Of a DNA stretch of 64,000 nt, positions 1-11,817 are shown in pieces. This DNA comes from Oligoflexales bacterium. GTDB taxonomy: Bacteria > Bdellovibrionota_B > Oligoflexia > Oligoflexales > JAPPIL01. The notes beneath the pieces are model-generated. The model had not been told where the DNA came from. It ran no database searches and was given only the letters and a program-made list of their open reading frames with translations. The stretch lies in assembly GCA_965215515.1 (NCBI GenBank), contig OZ244057.1, positions 1,984,001 through 2,048,000 on the forward strand. The letters run 5' to 3'. How positions within the stretch are numbered: the first letter of the stretch is position 1; each line of letters starts with the position of its first letter. A program made the translations under genes and the position numbers.

Positions 1-2
1 TG

Positions 3-290
3 GGGCTCTTCAGCGGCCTGTTAGATGACTACAGTGATTGGTTCGGCGTGGCCGCGGGGGCAATCAGTGTTGTGGTGGGTGTAGCGATCGTCTACCAGGC
101 CAGAGGCCAGCGGGAGAATCACGAGTACTATCTCGCCTCGATCGGCGAGTTGCGCAAGGTCACATGGCCGACTTGGCCTGATACAAAGAAAATGACCGTT
201 ATCGTGGTAATCGTTGTCGGGATTTTTTCCGCCATTCTCGCGGTCTTCGATCTTGGCTTCGCCTGGCTGTTGAACAAAATAATCGCCTGA
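3..290 (+). CDS. secE: Preprotein translocase subunit SecE (5' end lies outside the window)
   Basis: ELRKVTWPT motif followed by a TM helix; directly upstream of nusG; frame is open to the window edge. Confidence 0.92.
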   Translation, partial: GLFSGLLDDYSDWFGVAAGAISVVVGVAIVYQARGQRENHEYYLASIGELRKVTWPTWPDTKKMTVIVVIVVGIFSAILAVFDLGFAWLLNKIIA

Positions 291-302
291 ACAGGGAAAC
301 AC

Positions 303-851
303 ATGAGCGAACTCAAGTGGTATGTGGTGCACACGCATTCTGGTTGTGAGGGCAAGGCGAGGCTCGCCCTGCAGGAACGCATCGCGCGTAACGACATGTC
401 CCACCTGATTCCAGAAATCTACGTGCCCATCACCGCAGTCGAAAAGCTTACCGAGGGCGGCAAGAAAAAAACCCAAGAACGCACCCTCTACCCTGGCTAT
501 ATCCTTGTCAAGATGGCCTACACGCTGGAGACTCGCCGACTGGTGACAGGCACACCGCGCATCAACGGTTTTGTGGGCAGTTCGACACATCCAAAACCCA
601 TCTCCGAACAAGAAGTGCTGCGTCTCACCACCCGCGGCGAGGAGGGCGCAGAAGGCGAGGATCAGACGCAAATCAGAACGTTTTTCGATAAAGGCGAGAC
701 CGTCAAAATCAACGAAGGCCCCTTCGCTAACTTTAACGGTACAGTCGATGAAGTGCGCCCTGACAAAATGAAGCTGCGCGTGCTGGTCAGCATCTTCGGA
801 CGCGAAACACCCGTCGAACTCGATTTCAACCAAGTGGAGAAAATCGGCTAG
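303..851 (+). CDS. nusG: Transcription termination/antitermination factor NusG
   Basis: [19 protein letters not shown] region [10 protein letters not shown] and [12 protein letters not shown]. Confidence 0.98.
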   Translation: MSELKWYVVHTHSGCEGKARLALQERIARNDMSHLIPEIYVPITAVEKLTEGGKKKTQERTLYPGYILVKMAYTLETRRLVTGTPRINGFVGSSTHPKPISEQEVLRLTTRGEEGAEGEDQTQIRTFFDKGETVKINEGPFANFNGTVDEVRPDKMKLRVLVSIFGRETPVELDFNQVEKIG

Positions 852-962
852 CATCCCACGTTCATGGTTAGCCCTGGCCTTTCCGTCCCCGCCGACACAC
901 CTAGAAAAACGGCGTTGCTAGCTGACTTGCTAGCGAAAGCAAAAAATTGCATCGATCTACCC

Positions 963-1019
963 TTGACAATTTTTTCCCCGCGTATAGACTGACCCGTCTT
1001 GTCGTGTGGCGGACGGGTC
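963..1019 (+). promoter_or_regulatory. Putative sigma70 promoter and leader hairpin for the rplK operon
   Basis: TTGACA (963-968), 16 nt, TAGACT (985-990); perfect inverted repeat GACCCGTC (991-998) / GACGGGTC (1012-1019). Confidence 0.5.
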
Positions 1020-1094
1020 GGGGTGGTCTTCAATCACAAGTCGGTGTAGGTGTATGGTGGGTAGGCCCAGCTCAGCGCGTCTGGTAGGTTGACG

Positions 1095-1520
1095 ATGGCA
1101 AAGAAGGTTACGGGTTTCATCAAGTTACAGATCCCCGCGGGCAAGGCGGCTCCCGCGCCACCCATCGGCCCCGCCCTCGGACAGCGGGGAGTCAATATCA
1201 TGGCGTTCTGCAAGGATTTTAACGCCCGCACGCAGAAGCAGGAGGGCGAGATTCTTCCGACGATCATCACCGTCTATTCTGACAAATCCTTCAGTTTTGT
1301 CACAAAGAGCCCGCCTGCTGCGGAACTGCTCAAGAAAGCCGTCGGCCTCGCCAAAGGCTCGCCGACACCAGGCAGCGGCACGAGTGGTAAGATAAGCAAG
1401 GAGCAGATTCTGGTGATTGCCCGCCGCAAACGCGCCGATCTGAACGCCCGTGACGAAGAGGGTGCCGCCCGCATTATCGCAGGCACAGCACGCAGTATGG
1501 GACTGGAAATTGCCGAGTAG
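1095..1520 (+). CDS. rplK: 50S ribosomal protein L11
   Basis: [37 protein letters not shown]. Confidence 0.98.
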   Translation: MAKKVTGFIKLQIPAGKAAPAPPIGPALGQRGVNIMAFCKDFNARTQKQEGEILPTIITVYSDKSFSFVTKSPPAAELLKKAVGLAKGSPTPGSGTSGKISKEQILVIARRKRADLNARDEEGAARIIAGTARSMGLEIAE

Positions 1521-1536
1521 GCTAGAGGACAGGAGC

Positions 1537-2229
1537 ATGGCCAGGTCAAAAAAATACAAACAAGCCGTCAAGAGCGTGGAGCGCAACCGCCTTTACGAGC
1601 TGGAAGAGGCAGTCGAGCTGGTCAAAAGGGTGTCCTGCACCGCGTTTGATGGCAGTGTCGATCTGGCCGTAAACCTCGGCGTTGACCCGCGTCACGCCGA
1701 CCAGAACGTGCGCGGCGCGGTGTCGCTGCCACACGGCTTGGGACGTAAAGTGCGAGTGCTCGTTTTCGCCAAAGGGGAGAAAGCGGCCGAAGCAGAACAG
1801 AGCGGGGCTGATTATGTCGGCAGTGACGAGCTCGCCACCAAAGTGAACGACGGCTGGCTCGCCTTCGATCGTGTCGTCGCCACCCCCGACATGATGAAAC
1901 TAGTGGGCAAACTCGGCCGTATCCTCGGTCCCCGCGGTCTGATGCCCAACCCCAAGCTCGGCACGGTTACCTTCGAGATCGCCAAAGCGATCCGTGAGTT
2001 GAAGGCAGGACGTGCCGAATTCAAATGCGATAAAGCGGGTATCATCCACACCTCCGCGGGTCGGATCGGTTTTCCTCCCGCCGAGTTGGTCGCTAACATC
2101 ACCGCCATCATCGACGAACTGCTGCGCTTGAAACCAGCAGCGGCGAAGGCTACTTACCTGAGACGAATCGCCATCGCCCCCACGATGGGGCCAGGGGTGG
2201 CCATCAACCCGCTACGCTTCAGGAGATAA
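1537..2229 (+). CDS. rplA: 50S ribosomal protein L1
   Basis: LGVDPRHADQNVRG, LGPRGLMPNPKLGTV; ATG at 1537 after AGGAG. Confidence 0.98.
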   Translation: MARSKKYKQAVKSVERNRLYELEEAVELVKRVSCTAFDGSVDLAVNLGVDPRHADQNVRGAVSLPHGLGRKVRVLVFAKGEKAAEAEQSGADYVGSDELATKVNDGWLAFDRVVATPDMMKLVGKLGRILGPRGLMPNPKLGTVTFEIAKAIRELKAGRAEFKCDKAGIIHTSAGRIGFPPAELVANITAIIDELLRLKPAAAKATYLRRIAIAPTMGPGVAINPLRFRR

Positions 2230-2231
2230 CT

Positions 2232-2759
2232 GTGAATGCAGCCGAGAAAAGAGAGGTAGTCGAACAACTGAACGAACGCATGCAGCGTGCCCGTGCCTGC
2301 GTTCTGGCAGAATACAAAGGCCTGACTGTCGCTGACCTCACCGCTCTGCGCCGCAGCCTCGATGCCCACACCGCTGAATTCAAAATTGCCAAAAATCGCC
2401 TGACAAGGATAGCGGTCGCAAGCAGCGCTGAATTCGCCCCGCTCCGCGAACATCTGCGTGGCCCTACGGGTGTCGCGTGGCTCTACGGCGATCTCGCCCA
2501 AGGCATCAAGCAAGTGCTCGATTTTCAGAAAGAACACGAGGATTTTAAGATAAAAACCGCCGTCATGCAAGGTACTGCGCTGAGCCCCGCCGAAATGCAG
2601 GAGATAGCCAGCCTGCCGAGTAAAGAGGTGCTGCTGGCACGCCTCCTCGGCACGCTGATCGCTCCGCATAGGAACTTGCTGAGCGTGTTGCAAGGTGTCC
2701 CCCGTGCTCTGGTGGTACTGCTGGGCGCATGGCAAGAAAAAAAGGAAAAATTGCCTTGA
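2232..2759 (+). CDS. rplJ: 50S ribosomal protein L10
   Basis: EYKGLTV, KNRL, LPSKEVLLARLLG; located between rplA and rplL. Confidence 0.96.
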   Translation: MNAAEKREVVEQLNERMQRARACVLAEYKGLTVADLTALRRSLDAHTAEFKIAKNRLTRIAVASSAEFAPLREHLRGPTGVAWLYGDLAQGIKQVLDFQKEHEDFKIKTAVMQGTALSPAEMQEIASLPSKEVLLARLLGTLIAPHRNLLSVLQGVPRALVVLLGAWQEKKEKLP

Positions 2760-2842
2760 ACGAACAGAACAACACTGCCGTGCTTCGCACGAGAGGTCGC
2801 GGCATCGTTACGTCTTTCCATAGCTATTGAAGGAGTCTGATC

Positions 2843-3229
2843 ATGGCGGAAGTGTCTAAAGAACAAGTGGTGGCTTTCCTGGAAAACCTGACTCTGCTCG
2901 AAGCCGCACAGCTGGTGAAGGAGCTGGAGGAGAAATTCGGTGTCAGCGCGCAAGCACCCGTAGCAGTCGCCGCCGCGGGCGGCGATGGCGGTGAAGCCGC
3001 GGCTGCCGCAGAAGAGAAGACCGAGTTCACGATTGTGCTAAAATCTTTTGGCGACAAGAAAATTAACGTCATCAAGGAGGTACGCACCATCACAGGTCTC
3101 GGCCTGAAAGAAGCCAAAGAACTAGTCGAAGGAGCTCCCAAGAACGTGCGCGAAGGTGTGAGCAAAGAAGAGGCAGACAAAATCAAAACCGCACTGGAAA
3201 AAGCTGGAGCTGAGGTCGAAGTAAAGTAG
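2843..3229 (+). CDS. rplL: 50S ribosomal protein L7/L12
   Basis: [36 protein letters not shown]. Confidence 0.98.
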   Translation: MAEVSKEQVVAFLENLTLLEAAQLVKELEEKFGVSAQAPVAVAAAGGDGGEAAAAAEEKTEFTIVLKSFGDKKINVIKEVRTITGLGLKEAKELVEGAPKNVREGVSKEEADKIKTALEKAGAEVEVK

Positions 3230-3375
3230 CGACGGAGCTAGCCCGCTTCTAGCCTCAGGTGCGAATAGAGCGCAGGGGTGTTTTTGTGCTGTTGCCGCTG
3301 GGCAAAAGTGTTTGATTCGGGTTAAAATGGTCTTGAGGAATTCCTTTTGTGTCTGAAAACAGGAGCAGGAAATAT

Positions 3376-6300
3376 ATGGCTTCCCTAGGAGCGAGCTGTG
3401 TGCGTCCGCGTAAAGTCTACAGTTCCATCCCCGACCTGGCGGAGATACCCTACCTAATCGAAATCCAAAAGGACAGCTACGATGCTTTTCTGCAAATGGA
3501 TGTGCCCCACGAACAACGTGTCGACACAGGGTTGCAAGCTGTTTTCAACTCCGTCTTTCCCATTCGTGATTTCGCGGAAACTGCTTCGGTGGAATACGTC
3601 AGTTACAACTTCGAGAAACCTAAATACTCGGTAACTGATTGTCAGCAACGGGGCATGAGCTATGCAGCACCGCTGAAGGTCGTCATCCGCCTCGTCATCT
3701 GGGACACCGATAAAGAATCTAAAGTTCGCAGTATCCGTGATGTCAAGGAACAGGAAGTCTATTTCGGTGAGATTCCGATGATGACCGATAACGGCACGTT
3801 CATCATCAACGGCATCGAGCGGGTGGTTGTTTCGCAACTGCATCGCTCGTCGGGGGTGTTCTTCGATCACAATCGCGTCGCGGGGTCAGCATCGGGGCGT
3901 ATCAGTTACTCGGCACGCATAATTCCCTACCGTGGCAGTTGGCTCGATTTCGAGTTCGACAACAAAGACATCCTCTTCGTACGGATCGACCGCCGTCGCA
4001 AGATCCATGTCACTACTATGCTGAAAGCGATGGGCTACAACGATGCACAACTGCTCGATCGTTTTTATCAGCGCGAACTGATCCGTATCGAAGACGGCAA
4101 ATTTGAACGTAAATTGAACTTCACCTTGATTCGTGGCCAGCGTGCCACCAGCGATATCGTCGATCCCCAAACGGGGCGGGTCTTCGTCAAGCGCAATCGT
4201 CGTATTTCGCTAGAAGCCATCAAGCAACTACGAGAGGCGGGAGTTGAGTATCAGCCCATCGAGCAGTCGGAGCTCGACGGTAAGATTGTCGTCGCAGAAA
4301 TTCGTGATGCGAAGGGCGAGCTGGTGGTTGCCGTCAACGAAGAATTGAACGAGAACGTGCTCAAGCGCATCGTGCAGAGCAGAGTGACCGAGTTCTCTAT
4401 CTTGTTCATCGATGGCACAAACGTCGATGCCTCTTTCCGCAACACTTTGCTGACCGACAGCGTCGGAGGGAAAGAAGAGGCATTGTTGGAAATTTACAAA
4501 CGTCTGCGTCCTGGCGACCCACCCACGTCAGAAGCGGCAACCATCGTCTTCGGCAACCTGTTCTTCAATCCCGATCGCTATGATTTAAGTGCCGTCGGCC
4601 GCATGAAAATCAACGAACGACTCGGTCTCGACATTTCGCTCGAAAAACGCACACTCGACGAAGAAGACATCTTTGCCACCATTGCCTACTTGCTCAAACT
4701 TAAACTCGGCAACGGCGAAATCGACGACATCGACAATCTCGGTAACCGTCGCGTACGTGCCGTCGGGGAACTGCTGGAAAACCAATACCGTATCGGTTTG
4801 CTGCGTATCGAGCGGGCGGTACGGGAACGTCTGCAACTGCACGATGTCGATTCGCTCCTCCCGCACGACTTCATCAACAACAAACCCGCCTCCGCAGTGG
4901 TGCGGGAATTTTTCGGCGGCTCGCAGCTCAGTCAATTCATGGATCAGACCAATCCGTTGTCGGAGGTCACGCACAAACGCCGCCTTTCGGCACTAGGGCC
5001 TGGCGGTCTCAGCCGCGAGCGGGCGGGTTTTGAAGTGCGCGATGTCCACCCTACCCACTACGGACGTATCTGTCCTGTCGAAACCCCTGAAGGCCCCAAC
5101 ATCGGTCTCATCTCCTCGCTCGCGACCTATGCACGGGTCAACCGTTTTGGCTTTATCGAAACTCCCTACCGTGAACTGCGCACTGCCGACGGCAAGACGC
5201 AGATCAAGTACTACACCGCTACCGAGGAGCACGACAATCATGTCGTCGCCCAATCTTCGATCGCCGATGACGTGTCCCCCGATACCCTGATCGGAGCACG
5301 ACGTAGCGGTGAGGGTGAGATCGTGCGCGCGGACGAGGCCGACATCGCCGATGTCTCGACTTCACAGCTGGTCTCGGTCGCGGCATCGTTGATTCCCTTT
5401 TTGCAAAACGACGATGCCAACCGTGCCTTGATGGGCTCGAACATGCAGCGCCAGGCTGTGCCTTTGCTGAAAACACGTGCTCCGCTGGTCGGCACAGGCA
5501 TGGAGTGGGTGGTGGCGCGCGACTCGGGTGCCTCGGTGGTCGCCCGCCGTGACGGGGAAGTGGTCGCGGTCGATGCCCGACGCATCGTGGTTAGAACAAG
5601 CGCTGAAGGAGGTGATGTCACCGAAGTGGGCACCGAGGTCGATATATATCATCTGGAAAAATACAAACGCTCCAACCTCGATACCTGCATCAACCAGAAA
5701 CCTATCGTGCAGCAAGGTGAGCGAGTGTTCAAGGGTGATATTATCGGCGACGGTTTTGCCACCGAGATGGGTGAATTGGCCTTGGGGCAGAACGTTGTGG
5801 TCGCTTTCATGCCGTGGAACGGCTACAACTTTGAGGACTCTGTTCTTATCTCCGAGCGGGTGGTCAAGGAAGATCTCTATACCAGCATTCACATTCAAGA
5901 ATTCGAGTGTATTTCTCGCGATACCAAGCTCGGACAGGAGGAGATTACCGCCGACATTCCTAACGTCGGGGAAGATGCGCTCAGCGATCTCGACGAGTCA
6001 GGGATTATTCGGGTAGGAGCGGAAGTCGAGCCGAACGATCTTCTGGTCGGAAAAATTACCCCGAAAGGCGAGACACAGCTGTCGCCAGAGGAAAAACTGC
6101 TGCGGGCTATCTTCGGCGAGAAAGCGGGCGATGTGCGCGATACGTCGTTGCGTGTTCCCCCTGGGGTGAGCGGTACGGTTATCGGGGCGAAGATTTTTTC
6201 CCGCGAGGGGGCGGAGAAGAGTGAGCGTAGCATTCAGTTAGAAGAGGCGGAGATCGCGCGGCTCGACAAAAACGAGAAGGACAAGATCGACATCATCAAA

Positions 6301-7506
6301 AACTCGGCACAGGCACGCATCGTCGCCGCCGCACAGGGTGAGAAACTGGCCGCTGATCTGGGCGGGCGAGACAACAAAATCGTCGTCCCGAAAGGTGTGC
6401 GTGTCGATCACGCCATGCTCGACAAAGCTGGTTACCTCAATTGGGAAAGAATCACGGTCGGTGATGTCGACAAGAATGCCAAAATTCAAAAAACCGTGCA
6501 AAGCCTCAAAGAGAAAATCAACCTGATTCGTTTTGAGACAGAAGAAGACCGCAAGAAAATCAAAAAAGGCGATGCGTTACCGCCAGGTGTGATCTGTATG
6601 GTGAAGATCTACATCGCCATCAAGCGCAAGTTATCGGTAGGCGACAAGATGGCAGGTAGGCATGGCAACAAGGGAGTTGTGTCACGCATTATGCCAGAGG
6701 AGGACATGCCTTATCTGGCGGACGGGCGGCCTGTCGATGTCGTGCTAAATCCCCTCGGTGTGCCGTCACGCATGAACGTCGGGCAGATTCTCGAAACGCA
6801 TCTCGGATGGGCGGCGAAGAGTCTCGGCGAAAAACTCAACCGTATGCTCGCAAACAACAAGCGTGAGGAGTTGGAGAAGTTCGCTTTTGCGGTGTGGGAG
6901 GACGACAAGGAGATTTGCGAGTTCATCACACAGAGCGATGACGAGGAGCTGAGGAAATTTATCCACAAGTATCGGGAAGGCACGCATTTTGCTAACCCAG
7001 TCTTCGACGGCGCAAGCGAGCAGGATATTAGGCGTGTGTCGGAGTTGGCTGGTCAGAGCACCGATGGACAGGTCGATCTTTACGATGGCCTGACAGGGCA
7101 GAGATTCGACAAGCGCGTCACGGTAGGGGTGATGTATATGCTGAAACTGCATCACCTTGTCGATGAGAAGATCCACGCGCGTTCGATCGGGCCTTATTCG
7201 TTGGTAACGCAGCAGCCGCTAGGCGGTAAGGCTCAGTTTGGGGGGCAACGTCTCGGTGAGATGGAGGTGTGGGCGATGGAAGCTTACGGTGCTGCACACA
7301 CCTTGCAGGAGTTTTTAACCGTAAAATCAGACGACGTGCTCGGTCGTACCCGCATGTATGAGTCGATCGTCAAGGGGCAGAATCTCATGACCCCAGGTTT
7401 ACCAGAGAGTTTCAATGTTTTGATCAAGGAGTTGCAGAGTCTTGGTTTGGAGGTGAAGCTTATTCGTGGCGACGAGCAGATCGAGTTGGATGCGCTCGAT
7501 GCGTAA
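3376..7506 (+). CDS. rpoB: RNA polymerase beta subunit (alternative GTG start at 3349)
   Basis: [50 protein letters not shown]. Confidence 0.99.
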   Translation: MASLGASCVRPRKVYSSIPDLAEIPYLIEIQKDSYDAFLQMDVPHEQRVDTGLQAVFNSVFPIRDFAETASVEYVSYNFEKPKYSVTDCQQRGMSYAAPLKVVIRLVIWDTDKESKVRSIRDVKEQEVYFGEIPMMTDNGTFIINGIERVVVSQLHRSSGVFFDHNRVAGSASGRISYSARIIPYRGSWLDFEFDNKDILFVRIDRRRKIHVTTMLKAMGYNDAQLLDRFYQRELIRIEDGKFERKLNFTLIRGQRATSDIVDPQTGRVFVKRNRRISLEAIKQLREAGVEYQPIEQSELDGKIVVAEIRDAKGELVVAVNEELNENVLKRIVQSRVTEFSILFIDGTNVDASFRNTLLTDSVGGKEEALLEIYKRLRPGDPPTSEAATIVFGNLFFNPDRYDLSAVGRMKINERLGLDISLEKRTLDEEDIFATIAYLLKLKLGNGEIDDIDNLGNRRVRAVGELLENQYRIGLLRIERAVRERLQLHDVDSLLPHDFINNKPASAVVREFFGGSQLSQFMDQTNPLSEVTHKRRLSALGPGGLSRERAGFEVRDVHPTHYGRICPVETPEGPNIGLISSLATYARVNRFGFIETPYRELRTADGKTQIKYYTATEEHDNHVVAQSSIADDVSPDTLIGARRSGEGEIVRADEADIADVSTSQLVSVAASLIPFLQNDDANRALMGSNMQRQAVPLLKTRAPLVGTGMEWVVARDSGASVVARRDGEVVAVDARRIVVRTSAEGGDVTEVGTEVDIYHLEKYKRSNLDTCINQKPIVQQGERVFKGDIIGDGFATEMGELALGQNVVVAFMPWNGYNFEDSVLISERVVKEDLYTSIHIQEFECISRDTKLGQEEITADIPNVGEDALSDLDESGIIRVGAEVEPNDLLVGKITPKGETQLSPEEKLLRAIFGEKAGDVRDTSLRVPPGVSGTVIGAKIFSREGAEKSERSIQLEEAEIARLDKNEKDKIDIIKNSAQARIVAAAQGEKLAADLGGRDNKIVVPKGVRVDHAMLDKAGYLNWERITVGDVDKNAKIQKTVQSLKEKINLIRFETEEDRKKIKKGDALPPGVICMVKIYIAIKRKLSVGDKMAGRHGNKGVVSRIMPEEDMPYLADGRPVDVVLNPLGVPSRMNVGQILETHLGWAAKSLGEKLNRMLANNKREELEKFAFAVWEDDKEICEFITQSDDEELRKFIHKYREGTHFANPVFDGASEQDIRRVSELAGQSTDGQVDLYDGLTGQRFDKRVTVGVMYMLKLHHLVDEKIHARSIGPYSLVTQQPLGGKAQFGGQRLGEMEVWAMEAYGAAHTLQEFLTVKSDDVLGRTRMYESIVKGQNLMTPGLPESFNVLIKELQSLGLEVKLIRGDEQIELDALDA

Positions 7507-7551
7507 CGTTTCGTTGCTTGAACATCGTGTATTTCTGGGGTTGGAGTTACT

Positions 7552-10500
7552 TTGAAAGACTTGCTCAATTTTTTTGAAAAGCCGACTAATCCTTTGTCCT
7601 TCAATGCCATTCGTATTGCCATCGCTTCCCCTGAAAAGGTACGGAGCTGGTCGTATGGCGAGGTGAAAAAACCAGAAACGATCAACTATCGCACCTTCAA
7701 ACCAGAGCGCGGTGGGTTGTTTTGCGCTAAAATTTTCGGCCCTGTGCGCGATTTTGAGTGTATCTGCGGCAAGTATAAGCGCATGAAGCACCGCGGCATT
7801 GTCTGCGACAAGTGTGGAGTAGAGGTCATTCATTCCAAGGTGCGGCGTGAGCGGTTGGGGCATATCAATCTAGCCACACCTGTCGCACATATTTGGTTTT
7901 TGAAATCTTTACCGTCACGTATCGGCGGGATACTTGACATTCAATTGAAGGATATCGAGCGTATTCTCTACAGCGAGGCGTGGGTGGTGCTCGATGCAGG
8001 TGATACCGAACGCACAGGATTGGTGGTAGGGCAGGTGCTCGACGAGGAAGAATACGAAGACTTGCTCAAGGATCTTGGTAACGGGGCGTTTCGGGTCGGA
8101 GGTGGGGCTGAGGCGTTGCAGGAGTTGTTGTCGAGTTTGCACATCGAGCAGATCGCCGATGAGTTGCGGGAGGGTCTCGCGGCTGCGACTTCGGAGACGC
8201 AAAAAAAGAAACTGCAAAAACGCTTGAAGATCATCGATGCACTCAACAAGTACGACGACGACGGCAACTTGCTGGTGCGGCCTGAGTGGATGATGTTGAG
8301 TGTAATTCCTGTGTTACCGCCTGATTTGCGTCCTCTTGTGCCTCTTGAGGGCGGGCGGTTTGCCACCTCTGATCTCAATGACCTCTATCGGCGGGTGATC
8401 AATCGCAACAATCGTTTGTTGCGGCTGATCAGTTTGAATGCACCTGATATTATTGTGCGTAATGAGAAGCGCATGTTGCAGGAGGCGGTCGATGCGTTGT
8501 TTGACAACGGCAGGCGTGGCAAGGTGTTTACGGGGCCGAATAAGCGTCCGCTGCGTTCGTTGTCGGACATGTTGAAAGGCAAACAGGGACGTTTTCGCCA
8601 GAATCTGCTCGGTAAACGGGTTGATTACTCGGGGCGTTCAGCGATCGTTGTCGGGCCTGATCTAAAACTGCATCAGTGTGGTTTACCGAAAAAGATTGCT
8701 ATCGAGTTATTCAAACCTTTTCTTTACAACAAGCTTGAGGAGCACGGGATCGTTTCGACCATCAAGAGTGCGCGCAAGTTGGTGGAGAAGGAACACCCAG
8801 AGGTGTGGGATATTCTTGAAGAAATCACACGGGAGCATCCTGTCTTGCTCAACCGTGCACCGACGTTGCACCGTCTTGGCATCCAGGCGTTTGAACCTGT
8901 GTTGATTGAGGGCAAAGCGATTCAACTGCATCCGCTGGTATGTTTTGCTTTTAACGCAGACTTCGACGGTGATCAGATGGCGGTGCATGTGCCTTTGTCG
9001 ATCGAGGCACAGATGGAGGCACGGGTGTTGATGATGTCCACCAACAATATCTTGAGTCCTGCTTCAGGCTCGCCAGTGATTGTGCCGTCGCAGGACATCG
9101 TGCTGGGTATTTACTACTTAACACGTGAAGATATTGGGGCGCGGGGGGCGGGGCGGATTTTTTCCAGTCCTTCGGAGGTGCGGGTAGCTTACGACCATGA
9201 TCAGATCGCTTTGCAAGCTCCTATCAAGGTGCGTTTCCGCAATGCCACGCTGAAGACGACGGTAGGGCGGATTTTGTTATCGGAAATATTGCCGCCTGAG
9301 GTACATTTTCGCCACATCAACAAGACGATGGGCAAGAAGGAGCTGGCGTATTTGATCGATGTGACTTTTCGCCGCTGCGGGCACAAGAAGACGGTGATGC
9401 TTGCCGATGCTTTGCGTTCCAATGGTTTTCGCTACTCGACGACGGCGGGTTTGTCGATTTCGATCAATGACATGGTAATTCCTGACGAAAAGGAAAAACT
9501 ACTCGGAGAAGCTTACAACGAGGTCAAAAACATCAAAGAGCAGTATTCGGAAGGTTTATTGACGGAGGGCGAGCGTTACAACAAGGTAATCGACATTTGG
9601 GCGAAGGTGACGGAGAACATCGCCAACTCGATGTTCAGCAATATTGCCTTGATGGAACGTGCTGATCACAAAGGTAAAAAACATCAAGTGCCGAGCGCCA
9701 ATTCTATTTTTATGATGGCTGATTCGGGTGCACGTGGTTCTGCGCAGCAGATTCGTCAGCTCGCGGGGATGCGTGGCTTGATGTCAAAACCATCGGGGGA
9801 AATTATTGAGACTCCGATCACGGCTAATTTTCGGGAAGGTTTGAGTGTGTTGGAGTATTTTACTTCGACGCACGGAGCGCGCAAGGGTTTGGCGGATACA
9901 GCTTTGAAGACTGCTGGGTCAGGTTACTTGACGCGTCGCTTGGTGGATGTGGCACAGGATTCGATCATCGCCGAGTATGATTGTGGCACGAGCAAGGGTG
10001 TCAACATCATGCCTGTGCGTGAGGGCGGTGAGATACGTGAGCCGCTGGGGCAGAAATTGTTGGGGCGCACGTTGTGTGTTGATTTGAAAGACCCGCACAC
10101 GGGTGAGGTGATTGTCGCGGCGGGTGAGATGGCCAGCGAGGCGGATGCCGAACGGGTCGATACCTGTCAGGTGGAGGTTGCCACTATTCGTTCGGTGTTA
10201 ACCTGTGAGTTGCGGCGAGGGGCGTGTGCCAAGTGCTACGGGCGTGATCTCGGTTCAGGACGTTTGATTAATGTCGGTGAGGCAATCGGTGTCATCGCCG
10301 CGCAGTCCATTGGCGAACCAGGCACGCAGTTGACAATGCGCACTTTTCACTTCGGGGGCACGGCGACGCATAAGGTAGAAACAAATACGTTGGAGTCGTG
10401 TTTCTCTGGCAAGGCGAGGTTTCACAATCTGCCCACGGTGAAGAACAGGGATGGTGTTTTGATCGCTATCAGTCGCAATGGCGAGATCCGTATTGAGGGA

Positions 10501-11712
10501 GAAGATGGTGAGGTGAAAGAGGAGTTTCCCATCATCTATGGCTCGTCGATTTTTATTGCTGACGCGCAAGAAGTCACACCAGGAGTGAAGTTGGCCGAGT
10601 GGGATCCGTTTGCTTTGCCGATTGTCGCGGAGGTTGCGGGGTGTATTCGTTATCGTGATTTACTGGAGGGACAGACGGTTGAGGAGCGGGTGGATGAGGT
10701 AACTTTTTTGACTCGCAAGGTGGTGATTGAATCACGCAGTGGCGGATCGTTGAAACCTGCGTTGGAGGTTGTCGATGACAAAGGCAAGGTGTTGTCAGTC
10801 GATGAGCGCAAGGATGCGCGCTATGCTTTGCCGATTGGGGTGACGGTCAGTGTCGAGGATGGCGAAGAGGTGCGGCCAGGGGACGTGTTAGGGCGCATTC
10901 CGCGTGAAATTACCCGTACCAGGGACATCACGGGTGGTTTGCCGCGGGTGGCGGAACTGTTTGAAGCACGGAAACCGAAAGATCCGTCGATTATGGCGAA
11001 GGGTAACGGCACGGTATCTTTTGGTGATGATGTGAAGGGTAAGCGGCAGTTGATTATCACCGATGACGAGGGGGAGGAAGAAGTTTACTCCGTGCCGAAG
11101 GGCAAGCATGTCTTTGTCACCGATGGTGACTATGTGCGCAAGGGTGAGATTGTTTCTGATGGCGGCATCAACCCGCATGATATTCTGAAAATCAAGGGCG
11201 AGATCGAGTTGGCACGCTATCTTGTCGATGAGATACAAGAGGTCTACCATCTACAAGGGGTACGTATCAACGACAAGCACATCGAGGTGATTGTGCGGCA
11301 GATGTTGCGGCGTAGTAAGGTACTTGATTCTGGCGACTCACGTTTTCTTGAAGGTGAGCAGGTGGGGCGGGCGGAATTGCAGGAAGTTAATGCACAGCTT
11401 GCTGCAGAGGGCAAGCGGCAGGTGGTGGATGAACCTGTGTTGCTCGGCATCACTAAAGCTTCGTTGGCGACGGGGAGTTTTATTTCCGCGGCATCGTTTC
11501 AGGAGACAACGCGTATCTTGACCGATGCCAGTCTCAATTCCAGAACTGATTCTCTGCGTGGCTTGAAGGAGAATGTTATCATGGGACGTTTAATTCCCGC
11601 GGGCACGGGGGCTGAGTTCTACCAGGGCATCACTTCGCAGGCAAAAACTGAAAAAGCTGCCGCTCCCGAAACATCCGAGACCGCCGCGGTCGAGCAGACT
11701 GCCACGGCTTAA
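7552..11712 (+). CDS. rpoC: RNA polymerase beta' subunit (TTG start)
   Basis: [12 protein letters not shown] catalytic motif, N-terminal Zn finger, [10 protein letters not shown]. Confidence 0.99.
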   Translation: MKDLLNFFEKPTNPLSFNAIRIAIASPEKVRSWSYGEVKKPETINYRTFKPERGGLFCAKIFGPVRDFECICGKYKRMKHRGIVCDKCGVEVIHSKVRRERLGHINLATPVAHIWFLKSLPSRIGGILDIQLKDIERILYSEAWVVLDAGDTERTGLVVGQVLDEEEYEDLLKDLGNGAFRVGGGAEALQELLSSLHIEQIADELREGLAAATSETQKKKLQKRLKIIDALNKYDDDGNLLVRPEWMMLSVIPVLPPDLRPLVPLEGGRFATSDLNDLYRRVINRNNRLLRLISLNAPDIIVRNEKRMLQEAVDALFDNGRRGKVFTGPNKRPLRSLSDMLKGKQGRFRQNLLGKRVDYSGRSAIVVGPDLKLHQCGLPKKIAIELFKPFLYNKLEEHGIVSTIKSARKLVEKEHPEVWDILEEITREHPVLLNRAPTLHRLGIQAFEPVLIEGKAIQLHPLVCFAFNADFDGDQMAVHVPLSIEAQMEARVLMMSTNNILSPASGSPVIVPSQDIVLGIYYLTREDIGARGAGRIFSSPSEVRVAYDHDQIALQAPIKVRFRNATLKTTVGRILLSEILPPEVHFRHINKTMGKKELAYLIDVTFRRCGHKKTVMLADALRSNGFRYSTTAGLSISINDMVIPDEKEKLLGEAYNEVKNIKEQYSEGLLTEGERYNKVIDIWAKVTENIANSMFSNIALMERADHKGKKHQVPSANSIFMMADSGARGSAQQIRQLAGMRGLMSKPSGEIIETPITANFREGLSVLEYFTSTHGARKGLADTALKTAGSGYLTRRLVDVAQDSIIAEYDCGTSKGVNIMPVREGGEIREPLGQKLLGRTLCVDLKDPHTGEVIVAAGEMASEADAERVDTCQVEVATIRSVLTCELRRGACAKCYGRDLGSGRLINVGEAIGVIAAQSIGEPGTQLTMRTFHFGGTATHKVETNTLESCFSGKARFHNLPTVKNRDGVLIAISRNGEIRIEGEDGEVKEEFPIIYGSSIFIADAQEVTPGVKLAEWDPFALPIVAEVAGCIRYRDLLEGQTVEERVDEVTFLTRKVVIESRSGGSLKPALEVVDDKGKVLSVDERKDARYALPIGVTVSVEDGEEVRPGDVLGRIPREITRTRDITGGLPRVAELFEARKPKDPSIMAKGNGTVSFGDDVKGKRQLIITDDEGEEEVYSVPKGKHVFVTDGDYVRKGEIVSDGGINPHDILKIKGEIELARYLVDEIQEVYHLQGVRINDKHIEVIVRQMLRRSKVLDSGDSRFLEGEQVGRAELQEVNAQLAAEGKRQVVDEPVLLGITKASLATGSFISAASFQETTRILTDASLNSRTDSLRGLKENVIMGRLIPAGTGAEFYQGITSQAKTEKAAAPETSETAAVEQTATA

Positions 11713-11817
11713 GTTTGTCGTTTGCCTTGCCAGAGAGAAAACTGCTTTCTGCTTGTGCACCCCATGTATTTGTGGTACGCGCCCGAACATCGCGGGCTGA
11801 TTGGACGGGGGGTATCG

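Noticed and set aside
11709..11734. Fourth sigma28-like promoter before the large kinase-like gene
   Set aside because: TTAAG-N15-GCCAGA matches the -10 element too poorly to call.
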